Below are positions 30,101 to 39,512 of a stretch of 64,000 nucleotides of DNA, piece after piece. Every line of letters starts with the position of its first letter. Position 1 is the first letter of the stretch. The position numbers and the translations under genes were made by a program. The stretch lies in contig OZ223236.1 in the NCBI GenBank assembly GCA_965140445.1, positions 2,976,001 through 3,040,000 on the forward strand, in the 5' to 3' direction. The notes beneath the pieces were generated by a model. That model made no database searches, had not been told where the DNA came from, and saw only the letters and a program-made list of their open reading frames with translations. The DNA is from Candidatus Ozemobacteraceae bacterium. Lineage in GTDB: Bacteria; Muiribacteriota; Ozemobacteria; Ozemobacterales; Ozemobacteraceae.

Positions 30101-30643
30101 AAGCATTTTACCAAGAAGGGCGATGTAATGGCTTTTTTAACCATTGAGGCTGACAATGCATCTCAGGACATTACCCTTTTTCCAAAGTCATACAATGAAA
30201 ACTTGCATAGACTTAGAATTGATGAGCCACTTTTTATGGTAGCTCAGGTTCAACTTTTTGGCGGAAGCGTTAAGGTTAATGCAGAAAAGGTATATACCCC
30301 AGAAGATTTAAATGATGAGGGATTCGCAAAAATTAGTTTAAATATTCCAAAAGAATTGGCAAACAAGGAAAGTTACGCTATCTTGCGGGAAGTTTTGAGA
30401 AACAATACTGGAATTTGTTCTTTTGACATTAAGATAGCAACTCCTGACGGTGAAAAGGTCACTTTGAAACCAGGGGCTGGCTTTAGAACTGCTGTTTCTG
30501 CAAAATTGATTCGAGAATGGGAAAAAATATGCGGAGCTGGGACTGTAAAAATCAGTTTTCCAGAACTGGACTCATTTAAGGTTAGAAAAAGTTGGAAAAA
30601 CGGAAATTCAAATGGGCGCTCAGCGAATAGTGCGTCAGGTTAG
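27119..30643 (+). CDS. dnaE: DNA polymerase III alpha subunit
   Basis: PHP HLHVHSHYSLLDG; GPGRGSAAGS; MPDIDIDF; YGFNKSH; OB fold. Confidence 0.98.
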   Translation: MYHTNFVHLHVHSHYSLLDGAAPVKAIVDAARKFRMPAVAITDHGNMFSAIELYQYALKKGVKPIIGFEAYVTAGSHLDKNKEVPNYHLVLLARNNIGYSNLVKLSTLGYTDGFYYRPRIDFEQLEKYSEGVIALGACLAGEVPRLLQKKDRDGAIEAVKRYQRIFGKENFYVEIQNHGIPDQIEVLNPLVEVARACDAPIIATNDSHYVNPEDWEAQDALLCLGTNAKFDDKERFRFQTREFYYKSPHEMTELFKEYPDAISNSLKIAERCNVQLTLGKSILPEFDLPEGKTSESYLTELCYAGLEKRYGEHKNDKVYLDRLEYELGVVKRMGFCDYFLIVWDFIRAAREMGIPVGPGRGSAAGSIVAYLLRITDIDPIKYGLLFERFLNPERISMPDIDIDFSDDGRKEVIDYVVEKYGRSRVSSIITFNFMAAKMAIRDVGRVLNMELPEVDFIAKLIPEKPGTHIKSALSEVPELREMVKNGTEQQKRLLRIAGTVDGMARHTGVHACGIVISAIDLMDIVPIYLDKSKEFVTQYEKNAIESIGLLKMDFLGLKTLTIIKRALEYIKESRGVDVDLDHIPLDDQKSYKLLQDALSLGVFQLESAGMRNLLTNLQPSVFEDIIALLAMYRPGPLGSGMVDDFVERKHGRKELAYPHPDLEPVLKDTYGVFLYQEQVMQTANILANFTMAQADGLRKAMGKKIRETMEKMGKLFVEGAVARDVDKDKAQEIFDLMASFAEYGFNKSHSAAYALVTYRTAYLKAHYTVEFMAAVLSSELNDTDKIAEYVDECRTLGIQILPPDVNVSQNLFTVENGNIRYGLSAIKGVGGGAIDSVVEARNADGEFKSLGDFTRRVDTRQVNSRVIDALIKAGAFNGFGLKKSQLLEMATDALKSGQKAQKDKNSGQTTFFDLLGDDAEGLGDIDIAPPDIPELTEKELLLNEKEVFGFYLTGDPFNEVAPLGRVFSTHPLNRLETAEDGTLCRIAGNLTSFKKHFTKKGDVMAFLTIEADNASQDITLFPKSYNENLHRLRIDEPLFMVAQVQLFGGSVKVNAEKVYTPEDLNDEGFAKISLNIPKELANKESYAILREVLRNNTGICSFDIKIATPDGEKVTLKPGAGFRTAVSAKLIREWEKICGAGTVKISFPELDSFKVRKSWKNGNSNGRSANSASG

Positions 30644-30649
30644 GTAAAA

Positions 30650-33427
30650 ATGGAGAGGTTTTTGATGTTGTTCTTAAAAAGATTGATAGCATGTGTTGCA
30701 CTTTTCTGGTTATTAACGAGCAGTTGTTCAGCAGTAGAATTAACTGATGTTTACAAAATTCTTGGTCCTTATCGTGTTGTAGCCTCTGGCGGGGTAAGAC
30801 TTTATTTTCCTGAATCAGCCAAGGCAGCTATCCCAAGAGTTTTAAGTGGTTTGATAGGGGTTAGACAAAGTTTTAATAAGCTTTTCCCGGATCAGAAAAA
30901 CTATGAAGCGACTGTTCTTTTAAGCGACCATGACGATCGAATTAGTAGCTCAAGTGATCCTGAATTAGACTGGATTACGCTTGGAATGTTTGAAGAGATC
31001 GGTGCCCTTTCCACACGAGCATATTCACTTGAAAAACGTTTTGCATTGCGACTGGCAAATATCTTAATTTTAAGAACCCTTGGTTCTTCCCAAAATGCTC
31101 TGAAAAGAAAGTTAGCCATTCTTGCGGTGCCTCAATGGTTTTTGGATGGCCTGGCCCTTGATATTGCTTTTAAACTTGATTCTATACATATAAGTCGACT
31201 TTTTGATATGGCAAGATTTAATCGGTTATATTCCTTAGTTGAACTTGATACTTTGGTGAGTCAGCCAACTTTGGTGAGAGAAGAAATGAGATTTCAAGCC
31301 CACAGTATGATTTCATTCTGGGGCGAAAAATATGGAGCTACAGCTGGAATTGATCTGATGAAAAGAATTTTCAGAGATCCTACAGGCTTCAGAAAGCTGT
31401 TCAAGAAATATTATGGCGTAGATATGAATAAAGCCTACTACGATTACATGGAGTTCGTCTGGTCTAAATGTAAAAGGGGCAGTGAAGGCAGTCCTTGTGA
31501 CATAAAAGTTGAAGTTGATCCAAAATTGGGTGGAGGTTTTTTTCGCTCATTAAGAGAAATTGGTCCTGATGAAAAAGTATGGGTATCGTCAAAGCGATAT
31601 TTTACGGAAACATATGACCTTTATTACCAAAAGGGAAAAAACAGACCAAAAGTACTTATTAAGAATGTTCATCCGCTAATTTATGTTGATGGCTTTGATA
31701 ATGAAATTTACGTTGGAAAATATTGGGTAAACTCCCTGAGACAAAGACGTTTAGGCATCTGGAAAGTAGACGTAACCGGGCGAAAAAAGAAACTGGTTAG
31801 TGAGGCTGGTAGTTTTAAGCCGCTTGGAAAAAGGTTTGGAAGAATTTTCTATTTAAACAGCAAAAGTGGAATTTCCCGGATAATGTCAGTTGACCCTGAA
31901 TTTGCGAATTCAACAAGGGTTGAATACGAATTTGCTCCAGAATACAGACCACTTGACATAGCGTTGGATAAATCTTGCCAGGGAATGTATTTCGTGTTTG
32001 AGAGCCATGATTTGAAAAAACATCTGGCATTCTTATCAATTGCTAAAGACGATAAAGAAAAATTTCCACAGGTTTTATATTCCGGAGATGGAGAAATTCG
32101 TGCTTTACAGTTTATTGACAATAAGCTCTGGTTTGCTGGTGAAAAAGACTTTATGACCACCCAGCTTTTTTCCTATGAAGTCGATCAAACTGATGGGAAA
32201 AAAGTAGAGCGCAGATTAAAAAAATACACCGAATTGCCCGGTGGGGTCTGGGACTTTACCCTTGAACAGAATGGAGATTTCGCGATTTCTACACTTCATA
32301 AGGGTGAGTTTCATACTACCAGAATTAATCCTGAGCAATTTAAGGACTTAAGTAACGAACTTCCGGAGATAACAATTGCCCATAAGCCAAAATTTGCTAA
32401 AGTTAATAGCTCTGTATACAAAAAAGAATTTAGAACCAGCTATTGGATGCCTATCGTTAGTGAAGATGAAGAAGGCCCAGTATTTGGGGTTTACAGCTAC
32501 AGATCTGATAGATTAAATAGAAGTAATATTGTCGTTGCGCCAAAATATGGCTTTGAAAGTAAAAACTGGGGTTACGAAGGTACCTTTATGCAGAGAATAG
32601 GCCTGTTCAAGCTTACTCTCTCAATCAACGATGAAGTTTCCAAAAGATCCTATTTATCAAATGAGTATTTTGAAAGAACTCGTGCAAAGATTTTTGATGT
32701 TAAATATCCTTTTAACTTGTCAACGACCCTAAATTTTGGTGCAAATTTAAATAAGCGTGGAATTGCTAAAATTCCTGAAAATGGCAGTCCATACCCAACC
32801 GTGGGAAGAGACCATTCATTCTATGCCACTGTAAATCATACCGCAATTCGCACAGAACCATACTGGAAGGTTTTTCCGCGTAAAGGTCGCACTGTAGTTG
32901 CTAATTACCAGAAGGGTACAGACTTTCTTGATGGTGAACTAAGATATGATCACATGTCTCTAAGATGGAACGAGTATTTCCCAATAAAAAAGAATCTTGT
33001 TTTGACCGTCCGAGGGTATGTTGCTGAAGATGATAAAGAAAACAACATTCGAAGACCAGATGATCTTAGTCTTGGCGGTGGTGGAGACTTTTTGCGCGGG
33101 TATGACAGTGCGTATCGCAGCGGCAACTCTCTTCGAGCAATGAGCCTTCATTTAGGTCATCCAATAAAAGTGGGCTTCCCTAAATTTATGAAGTGGATAA
33201 AAAATGAATTTATGGTAGGCGAAGTTTTCTGGGAAGCCGGAGATGTAAAGCTGAATAGAAAATTTCAATATGTTTTTGATCGAGGCGCGGAAATTAGAAT
33301 GCAAGCCCTTCTATTCAGAAGAATCCCTATCGTGCTGAGATTCGGGGCAGCCTGGGCCAATGATGGCAAAGAAAAGAAGACCTATTTTTCAGCAGATGTT
33401 TCGGAATTATCAGACCTGTTATACTAA
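30650..33427 (+). CDS. Secreted protein: degenerate peptidase-MA-like domain, beta-propeller and probable Omp85/BamA-like C-terminal barrel
   Basis: Signal peptide; PQWFLDGLA; alternating beta-strand C-terminus with LGGGGDFLRGY. Confidence 0.55.
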   Translation: MERFLMLFLKRLIACVALFWLLTSSCSAVELTDVYKILGPYRVVASGGVRLYFPESAKAAIPRVLSGLIGVRQSFNKLFPDQKNYEATVLLSDHDDRISSSSDPELDWITLGMFEEIGALSTRAYSLEKRFALRLANILILRTLGSSQNALKRKLAILAVPQWFLDGLALDIAFKLDSIHISRLFDMARFNRLYSLVELDTLVSQPTLVREEMRFQAHSMISFWGEKYGATAGIDLMKRIFRDPTGFRKLFKKYYGVDMNKAYYDYMEFVWSKCKRGSEGSPCDIKVEVDPKLGGGFFRSLREIGPDEKVWVSSKRYFTETYDLYYQKGKNRPKVLIKNVHPLIYVDGFDNEIYVGKYWVNSLRQRRLGIWKVDVTGRKKKLVSEAGSFKPLGKRFGRIFYLNSKSGISRIMSVDPEFANSTRVEYEFAPEYRPLDIALDKSCQGMYFVFESHDLKKHLAFLSIAKDDKEKFPQVLYSGDGEIRALQFIDNKLWFAGEKDFMTTQLFSYEVDQTDGKKVERRLKKYTELPGGVWDFTLEQNGDFAISTLHKGEFHTTRINPEQFKDLSNELPEITIAHKPKFAKVNSSVYKKEFRTSYWMPIVSEDEEGPVFGVYSYRSDRLNRSNIVVAPKYGFESKNWGYEGTFMQRIGLFKLTLSINDEVSKRSYLSNEYFERTRAKIFDVKYPFNLSTTLNFGANLNKRGIAKIPENGSPYPTVGRDHSFYATVNHTAIRTEPYWKVFPRKGRTVVANYQKGTDFLDGELRYDHMSLRWNEYFPIKKNLVLTVRGYVAEDDKENNIRRPDDLSLGGGGDFLRGYDSAYRSGNSLRAMSLHLGHPIKVGFPKFMKWIKNEFMVGEVFWEAGDVKLNRKFQYVFDRGAEIRMQALLFRRIPIVLRFGAAWANDGKEKKTYFSADVSELSDLLY

Positions 33428-33431
33428 AACT

Positions 33432-34355
33432 ATGCTCAGTTTCAAAATTAAAAACGTATGTAAGGTTTTCCTGCTTGGAATCTGTTTTTTCTGCTCTATT
33501 TCCTTAAATGCACAGGAGCTAAAAGGACAAATTCGAAGCATTTTTGGAGCGTTTTCAAATGCTATTTCTGCTAAGGAATTCGGTAAAATTCCTGAAGGAA
33601 TGAAAATTATTGATATTCCAGGTTGCAGAGGTATTCGTATTGAAGCTTTAAAGTTTGAGATACGGGTTGATACCTGGACTTCTGAACAGGGGTTGATGGA
33701 GCGCTATAAAGAAGCCGAATCTTCTGGAATGGCTATTGTTGCGGCAATTAACGGAACATTTTATTCGTCCCGAGGAATCCTTGGATCAGCGGTTTCGGAT
33801 GGCAGCATTCCAACTTACCCAATGCAGATACCAGGTTCTCTCTCAAGATGTTTTGTATCAGGTTTCAGAGATATTAAACTCCGACAAAAATGGTACATCG
33901 GGGAGACTTCACTCCGTGGTGGCAAACTTCTTGGTGATGAGTTTAAAGAAAAAGCCTGGCTAAATGTTGAAAAAATTTATGGACGCATTGATCAGCTTTT
34001 AGGTGGCGGGGGCTGGATTATTCAAAGAAGAAAAGATGTTCACCGCGAATCATATGAAAGGCAAAGGTTCCTTTTCAGAAAAGAAGATCAAAATAGTCGC
34101 CATACTGTCATTGCTCAGGATTTTGAGCGAAATTTATATCTACTAGTTTTTGAAACAGGTCATACTTTGCATCAGATAGCACGAAAACTTACAAGAGAAA
34201 AGGTTTTTGGAGATATAACCGAAGCTATTTTTCTGGATGGAGGATCATCATCTGAGATAATCCTAAAAGGAAAATATCTGGTTCCACCTTTGTATCTGAT
34301 GGATAAAGCCAGATTTTCCGGAATTCAGGTTATTATCCCTGAAGAAAAACTATAA
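33432..34355 (+). CDS. Phosphodiester glycosidase (NAGPA-like) family protein
   Basis: AAINGTFY and AIFLDGGSS motifs; signal peptide from ATG 33432. Confidence 0.75.
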   Translation: MLSFKIKNVCKVFLLGICFFCSISLNAQELKGQIRSIFGAFSNAISAKEFGKIPEGMKIIDIPGCRGIRIEALKFEIRVDTWTSEQGLMERYKEAESSGMAIVAAINGTFYSSRGILGSAVSDGSIPTYPMQIPGSLSRCFVSGFRDIKLRQKWYIGETSLRGGKLLGDEFKEKAWLNVEKIYGRIDQLLGGGGWIIQRRKDVHRESYERQRFLFRKEDQNSRHTVIAQDFERNLYLLVFETGHTLHQIARKLTREKVFGDITEAIFLDGGSSSEIILKGKYLVPPLYLMDKARFSGIQVIIPEEKL

Positions 34356-36077
34356 ATGAGTTGGTTGAAGTCGCCTCCGGTAGCCTTTAGGGGTGTTAAA
34401 GGCGGGGATATAAAGCATAACAGTTTCGATGTTATTTTAATTTCAGGCGACGCCTATATTGATCACCCGGCATTTCCAGCTGCAGTTATTTATCGTCGAT
34501 TAGAGCAACTTGGACTCAAAGTCGCAATAATTGCTCAACCAGACTGGAAAAATATTGACGATTTTTTGGCCTGGGGACGACCCGAATTGTTTTTTGCTAT
34601 TACAGCGGGGGCCATGGATAGTATGGTCTCAAATTATACTGCCACACGCATGCCTAGAAGTGAAGATCGACTTTCGCCCGGTGGCAAAGCAGGTTTGAGG
34701 CCGAAGCGTGCCACCAGAGTCTACGTTCAAAAAGTTAGAGAAGCTTTCAAAAATGTCCCAATTGTAATTGGGGGGATTGAAGCCTCTTTAAGAAGATTTG
34801 TCCACTATGACTTCTGGGATGATTCTTTCAAAGATCCTATTTTAATGGAAGCCCCGGCCGATTTCCTGGTTTATGGTATGGGCGAAGTGGTTCTGGAAAG
34901 AATTGTTGATTTTTATAGGACACCTGAAGAGCTCAGAGAAGCTTTCCCAAGGTTTTCTCAGACTTGTGTTAGAGTTAAGCATGGAAAATGGCGTGAACAT
35001 GAATTAAACAAGTTCTTACTGCTCCCGGATGTTGAAACATGCAAAAAGGATGCAAAAAAGTTCATGGAAATGAACATTGTTGTTGATAGAGCGGTTCGTG
35101 ACGGCGCAGAAATTCTAATCCAGGAGCATGCAAAAGGGGATATTTTATGCTTTCCCCCAGATAAAGAAGATTGGCTTAAAGAGCCAGAAATTATGAGTTC
35201 ATTGCGTTTTACAAGGACTTCTCACAAGATATATAAAGATCCTGTTCCTGCGTTAGAGCCTGTGCAATTTTCAATCCAGTCCCATAGAGGATGTCTGGGT
35301 GCTTGTTCTTTTTGCGCACTCTCCATACATCAAGGCCGATTTATAAGATCAAGAAAAGAAGAGGACCTGATAAAAGAGGCAAAAGGTTTTTTAAGTCATC
35401 CAGACTTTAAGGGAATAATTCCCGATGTTGGTGGACCAGCGGTAAACATGTATCAATGGGGCTGTAAGGTAGATGGCTGCAAAACAGGTTTGTGTACTTT
35501 CCCGGATGAATGCAAGAATATGAAAACAGGTTTATCGTCTTATCTTAAACTTCTTAGATCATTAGCTGCTCTTAAAGGGGTAAGAAAGGTATTTATAGGG
35601 TCTGGTCTAAGGTTTGATCTTATTGGTGAAAAAGATTGGAATGCTTTGGCAGAAATTATTGAAAACCATGTTTCCGGTCAGTTAAAAGTTGCTCCAGAAC
35701 ATGTTAATAAAAAAGTTTTGGGTTTAATGAGAAAGGGACAGAATGCTGATTTCAGGAAGTTTGTAAAACGATTTGAAGAAATTTGTAAGAGTCGAAAAAT
35801 TTTAAAGTATGTAGTTCCTTATTTTATTCTCGCATATCCAGGTAGCGATAATCTTGATGTTGAAATCGTTGAGCTTGTTAAGGAATTAAAGCTTGCCCAT
35901 GAGCAGGTCCAGGAATTTACTCCTACCCCGGGAAGTATTGCTACTGCTATGTATGCCACTGAGCTTTCTCCAGATATGAAACCTTTGAAAGTAAAAAAGA
36001 ATCGAAATGAAAGGTTAGAAAGCAGAAAGTTGTTACAGAAAAAAACGAGCAATAGAAAGCCATTTAAGAAAAAATGA
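34356..36077 (+). CDS. ygiQ: YgiQ family radical SAM protein
   Basis: SGDAYIDHP, IGGIEASLRR, RGCLGACSFC, LKVAPEH. Confidence 0.9.
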   Translation: MSWLKSPPVAFRGVKGGDIKHNSFDVILISGDAYIDHPAFPAAVIYRRLEQLGLKVAIIAQPDWKNIDDFLAWGRPELFFAITAGAMDSMVSNYTATRMPRSEDRLSPGGKAGLRPKRATRVYVQKVREAFKNVPIVIGGIEASLRRFVHYDFWDDSFKDPILMEAPADFLVYGMGEVVLERIVDFYRTPEELREAFPRFSQTCVRVKHGKWREHELNKFLLLPDVETCKKDAKKFMEMNIVVDRAVRDGAEILIQEHAKGDILCFPPDKEDWLKEPEIMSSLRFTRTSHKIYKDPVPALEPVQFSIQSHRGCLGACSFCALSIHQGRFIRSRKEEDLIKEAKGFLSHPDFKGIIPDVGGPAVNMYQWGCKVDGCKTGLCTFPDECKNMKTGLSSYLKLLRSLAALKGVRKVFIGSGLRFDLIGEKDWNALAEIIENHVSGQLKVAPEHVNKKVLGLMRKGQNADFRKFVKRFEEICKSRKILKYVVPYFILAYPGSDNLDVEIVELVKELKLAHEQVQEFTPTPGSIATAMYATELSPDMKPLKVKKNRNERLESRKLLQKKTSNRKPFKKK

Positions 36078-36820
36078 ACTTAGTTTCCTTATTAGATAAC
36101 CTTGAAACTCAAGAATTGCTTTTTAATGAGGAAATCCACAATCTGGTTACTAACCAAAAAAGGGTTTTGCCTGTCATGGAACCTGATGGTTTTTCTCTAA
36201 AATGGCTTGTAACCTATGCAGAAAAAAATAGTGCAGACTGGACGATTGCCAAATATTGCGGTAAGGATTCAACCTTGGATAGAGGTGACCTTTTGCTTTT
36301 ACCTCAAACTGACATAAGGATTTTTCTTCCCGAAGAAATTTGTATAGGAATTGATTCAAAGATTTCTAAAAGCATCCATGTTTTTTCTAATTTTGGACAG
36401 GATGATTCAGACTCTAAAGTTAGCTCCAGCGAAATAGACGCTGAAATACAAGAAATAGAAAGCTATTTGCTTGCAAATTTTAAAATACAGATTAAAAGCA
36501 GAGTCAGGCTTAAAAGTTACTTTGAGGGGCAATATAGATTTGAGTATCTATCATTTTACTTTTTAGTAGAAGATGAAATTGTTGCGTACATTAAAGCTAT
36601 CCACGAAACAAAAAATACTATTGAGCCTTACATCGAAGTAAATCCATTTTATCGTGGTAGAGGGGTGGGAGAAAAAATTCTAAAATACTTTTACCTCAAA
36701 CACCAGTTGTCGAATAAATTTCTTATTTATCAAGTTGAAGAAGAGAACCTGGCCTCAACTAAAATCGCAAAGAAATGTGGATTAAAGAAAATTCATACCT
36801 GGAATTCTCTGGATTATTAA
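36074..36820 (+). CDS. GNAT family N-acetyltransferase
   Basis: YRGRGVG; ENLASTKIAKKCG. Confidence 0.75.
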   Translation: MNLVSLLDNLETQELLFNEEIHNLVTNQKRVLPVMEPDGFSLKWLVTYAEKNSADWTIAKYCGKDSTLDRGDLLLLPQTDIRIFLPEEICIGIDSKISKSIHVFSNFGQDDSDSKVSSSEIDAEIQEIESYLLANFKIQIKSRVRLKSYFEGQYRFEYLSFYFLVEDEIVAYIKAIHETKNTIEPYIEVNPFYRGRGVGEKILKYFYLKHQLSNKFLIYQVEEENLASTKIAKKCGLKKIHTWNSLDY

Positions 36821-36831
36821 TTTTCTTTTGG

Positions 36832-36860
36832 TTGACTATAAGCTTCAGCACTTCTAGAAT
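36832..36860 (+). promoter_or_regulatory. sigma70-type promoter
   Basis: TTGACT-17 nt-TAGAAT. Confidence 0.6.
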
Positions 36861-36902
36861 AGCTAACATGGGTAAAGAGTTTCCCAATAAATATGGAATG
36901 GA

Positions 36903-39422
36903 ATGAGTGAGGAAAAAAAGATGAAAGCTGTTATTATGGCTGGTGGTTTTGGCACCAGATTACGCCCAATTACCTGTAACATCCCGAAACCGATGGTGCC
37001 TGTGGCAAACATCCCAATGATGGAACATATCGTCAACCTATTGAAGCGATATGATCTGAAAAAAATCTGTTCAATTCTTTATTTTCAACCAGAAGTAATT
37101 ACCAAGTATTTTGATGATGGCTCTGATTTTGGAATCGAAATGGATTATCAGATGGCAACAGCAGATTTTGGTACTGCTGGTAGTGTTAAAAATGCTGAGG
37201 ATAAGCTTAATGATGAGCCATTCATAATTATTTCAGGTGATGTGCTTACTGATTTTGATCTTTCAGAAGCGATTCGTTTCCATAAAGAAAAAAAATCAAT
37301 GGCAACAATGGTTTTAACAAGAGTAACAGATCCTCTTGAATATGGAGTTGTTATTACCGCAGAAGACGGAAAAATCATTCGTTTCCTTGAAAAACCAAGC
37401 TGGGGCGAAGTTTTCTCAGACACGATTAACACTGGAATTTACATTCTGGAACCAGAAATCTTTAAATATATTCCTGCAAAAGCTGAATTTGATTTTAGTA
37501 AAAATCTATTCCCTTTGATGCTTAAGGAAGAGCTGCCACTTTATGGCTATATTGCTGATGGATATTGGAAAGACATTGGAAATCTTGACGAATATCGTCT
37601 TGCTCATAAGCATCTTATTAATGGCGAAGTTAAAATAGACATTCCTGGAGAAAGGCTTAACATCATTGGACGAGATGTGTGGGTCGGTAAGAACTCCAAT
37701 GTTTCCACCAAAGCAAAGTTTAAAGGTGGAGTAATTATTGGTAAGAATTGTGAGATTGAAGAAGGCGTAGTCCTTGAAAATAGTATAATTGGAGATGGTT
37801 GTATTATTAAAAAGGGTGCAAAAATTTCTTCTTCAATTATCTGGGAAGGCGTTAATATTGGTGAAAATGTTGAAATTGATGAAACTATTGTTTCATGGGA
37901 CAGCCATATTAATGAAGATGCCAAATTAGAAAAAGGCACTGTAATAAGTGAAGAGTGCCGCATTGGAAAAGGTGCTGTTGTTAAAGAAAATGTAAAGATA
38001 TGGCCTCGAAAAGTAGTTGAGGAAGGATCGCATGTTTTCTCAAGCCTTATCTGGAGCGATAAGTGGACGAAGAATCTTTTTAACGATTTTGGAATTTCTG
38101 GCCTTGCTAACATTGAAGTTACGCCTGAATTTGCTTCAAAGATTGGTGCCGCATATGGTTCTACTCTTGAAAAGGGCGTAAGCATTATTTCTTCAAGGGA
38201 TTCACACAAATTTAGCAGAATGATCAACCGAGCTTTAATCTGTGGATTAAGTTCAGCTGGTATTAATGTTGCTGATTTGCGAGTAACTCCAGAGCCTGTT
38301 GCCAGATACAAACCAAACGCTTTTATGCGTGGTGGTGGAATTCACGTTAGACTATCTGCTGATGATCCAAACCAGCTTGAAATAAGAATCTTTGATTTTG
38401 AAGGAAGAGATATTTCTATAGCTCAGAAAAAATCAATTGAACGTCTTTTTAATAGGGATGATTTCAGACGTGTTTCTATAAAAGAAGTTGGGGAAATCAC
38501 TTTCCCACCGCGCGTTCCAGAAAACTATAGCGAAGAATTGCTTCGTCGAATTGATGTAGAAGCTATTAAAAAGAGAAATCTAAAAATAGTTCTAGACTAT
38601 GGTTATAGTGGAGCCTCCAGTATATTTGCAACTTTCCTTGGCAAGTTAAACTGCGAAGTAATCTCTCTAAATGCATATCAGGAACAGCTTGATCCAAGTC
38701 AAAGCAGAACCAACAATTCAGCAAACATTGCTTCAATCGTAAAATCGCTCGGAGCGGATGTTGGAATCATGTTGGGCGATGGAGCTGAAAAAATTACTTT
38801 TGTGGACGATCAGGGTCGGGTTATTGAAGGCGATGAAGCTCTGGTATCATGGATTCAGATGGTTCTTGAAATCAATCCAAAGGCAAAAATTGCTGTTCCT
38901 GTTTCATCAACACACGTTCTTGAAAAGCTTGCAGATAAAACAGGTGGAACAATTGTAAGAACAAAAACCAACAGTCGTGAGCTAATGAATGCGGCTTTAA
39001 GCGAAGATATTTCTGTTTGTGTGGATAATCATGGTGGAATTATTTTCCCTGCATTCCAGCCAACCTTTGATGGAATTTTTGCTGCAGCAAAGTTAATGGA
39101 ATTAATGGCCACACTTGATAAGCCGCTTTCAAAAGTCGTAAATAGCTTGCCAAACTTTTATCTTAAGGCTGATAGAGTTCCTTGTCCATGGGAAGATAAG
39201 GGCAAAGTAATGCGCTACGCAATGGAATATGCAAAAGATTTTGAAACTCTTCTGATTGATGGAGTTAAAATTCTCATGAATGATACGGATTGGGTTCTAA
39301 TTCTTCCTGATCCAGATAAACCATTTGTTAACATTACAGCTGAAAGCTCTTCGGATAAAAAGGCTGATGAATTGCTTAATAACATGCTCGCACTTGTAGA
39401 AGAATGGAAAGATCTGGAATAG
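36903..39422 (+). CDS. Mannose-1-phosphate guanylyltransferase fused to hexapeptide repeats and phosphomannomutase-like domain
   Basis: AGGFGTRLRP, PKPMVP, YWKDIG; LbH repeats; PGM/PMM fold C-terminus. Confidence 0.9.
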   Translation: MSEEKKMKAVIMAGGFGTRLRPITCNIPKPMVPVANIPMMEHIVNLLKRYDLKKICSILYFQPEVITKYFDDGSDFGIEMDYQMATADFGTAGSVKNAEDKLNDEPFIIISGDVLTDFDLSEAIRFHKEKKSMATMVLTRVTDPLEYGVVITAEDGKIIRFLEKPSWGEVFSDTINTGIYILEPEIFKYIPAKAEFDFSKNLFPLMLKEELPLYGYIADGYWKDIGNLDEYRLAHKHLINGEVKIDIPGERLNIIGRDVWVGKNSNVSTKAKFKGGVIIGKNCEIEEGVVLENSIIGDGCIIKKGAKISSSIIWEGVNIGENVEIDETIVSWDSHINEDAKLEKGTVISEECRIGKGAVVKENVKIWPRKVVEEGSHVFSSLIWSDKWTKNLFNDFGISGLANIEVTPEFASKIGAAYGSTLEKGVSIISSRDSHKFSRMINRALICGLSSAGINVADLRVTPEPVARYKPNAFMRGGGIHVRLSADDPNQLEIRIFDFEGRDISIAQKKSIERLFNRDDFRRVSIKEVGEITFPPRVPENYSEELLRRIDVEAIKKRNLKIVLDYGYSGASSIFATFLGKLNCEVISLNAYQEQLDPSQSRTNNSANIASIVKSLGADVGIMLGDGAEKITFVDDQGRVIEGDEALVSWIQMVLEINPKAKIAVPVSSTHVLEKLADKTGGTIVRTKTNSRELMNAALSEDISVCVDNHGGIIFPAFQPTFDGIFAAAKLMELMATLDKPLSKVVNSLPNFYLKADRVPCPWEDKGKVMRYAMEYAKDFETLLIDGVKILMNDTDWVLILPDPDKPFVNITAESSSDKKADELLNNMLALVEEWKDLE

Positions 39423-39442
39423 ATTTAATCTAACTTAAAAAT

Positions 39443-39477
39443 AAAAGGGCCGTTGATTTGAATCGACGGTCCTTTTT
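39443..39477 (+). terminator. Rho-independent terminator
   Basis: AAAAGGGCCGTTGATT-TG-AATCGACGGTCCTTTTT hairpin with U tract. Confidence 0.85.
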
Positions 39478-39512
39478 AATATATAATTAGGTAGATAGTA
39501 AAGGGGCAACGA

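Noticed and set aside
27119..30643. Intein or intron in dnaE (also checked nrdD)
   Set aside because: Lengths are normal and motifs are contiguous; no splice-junction signatures
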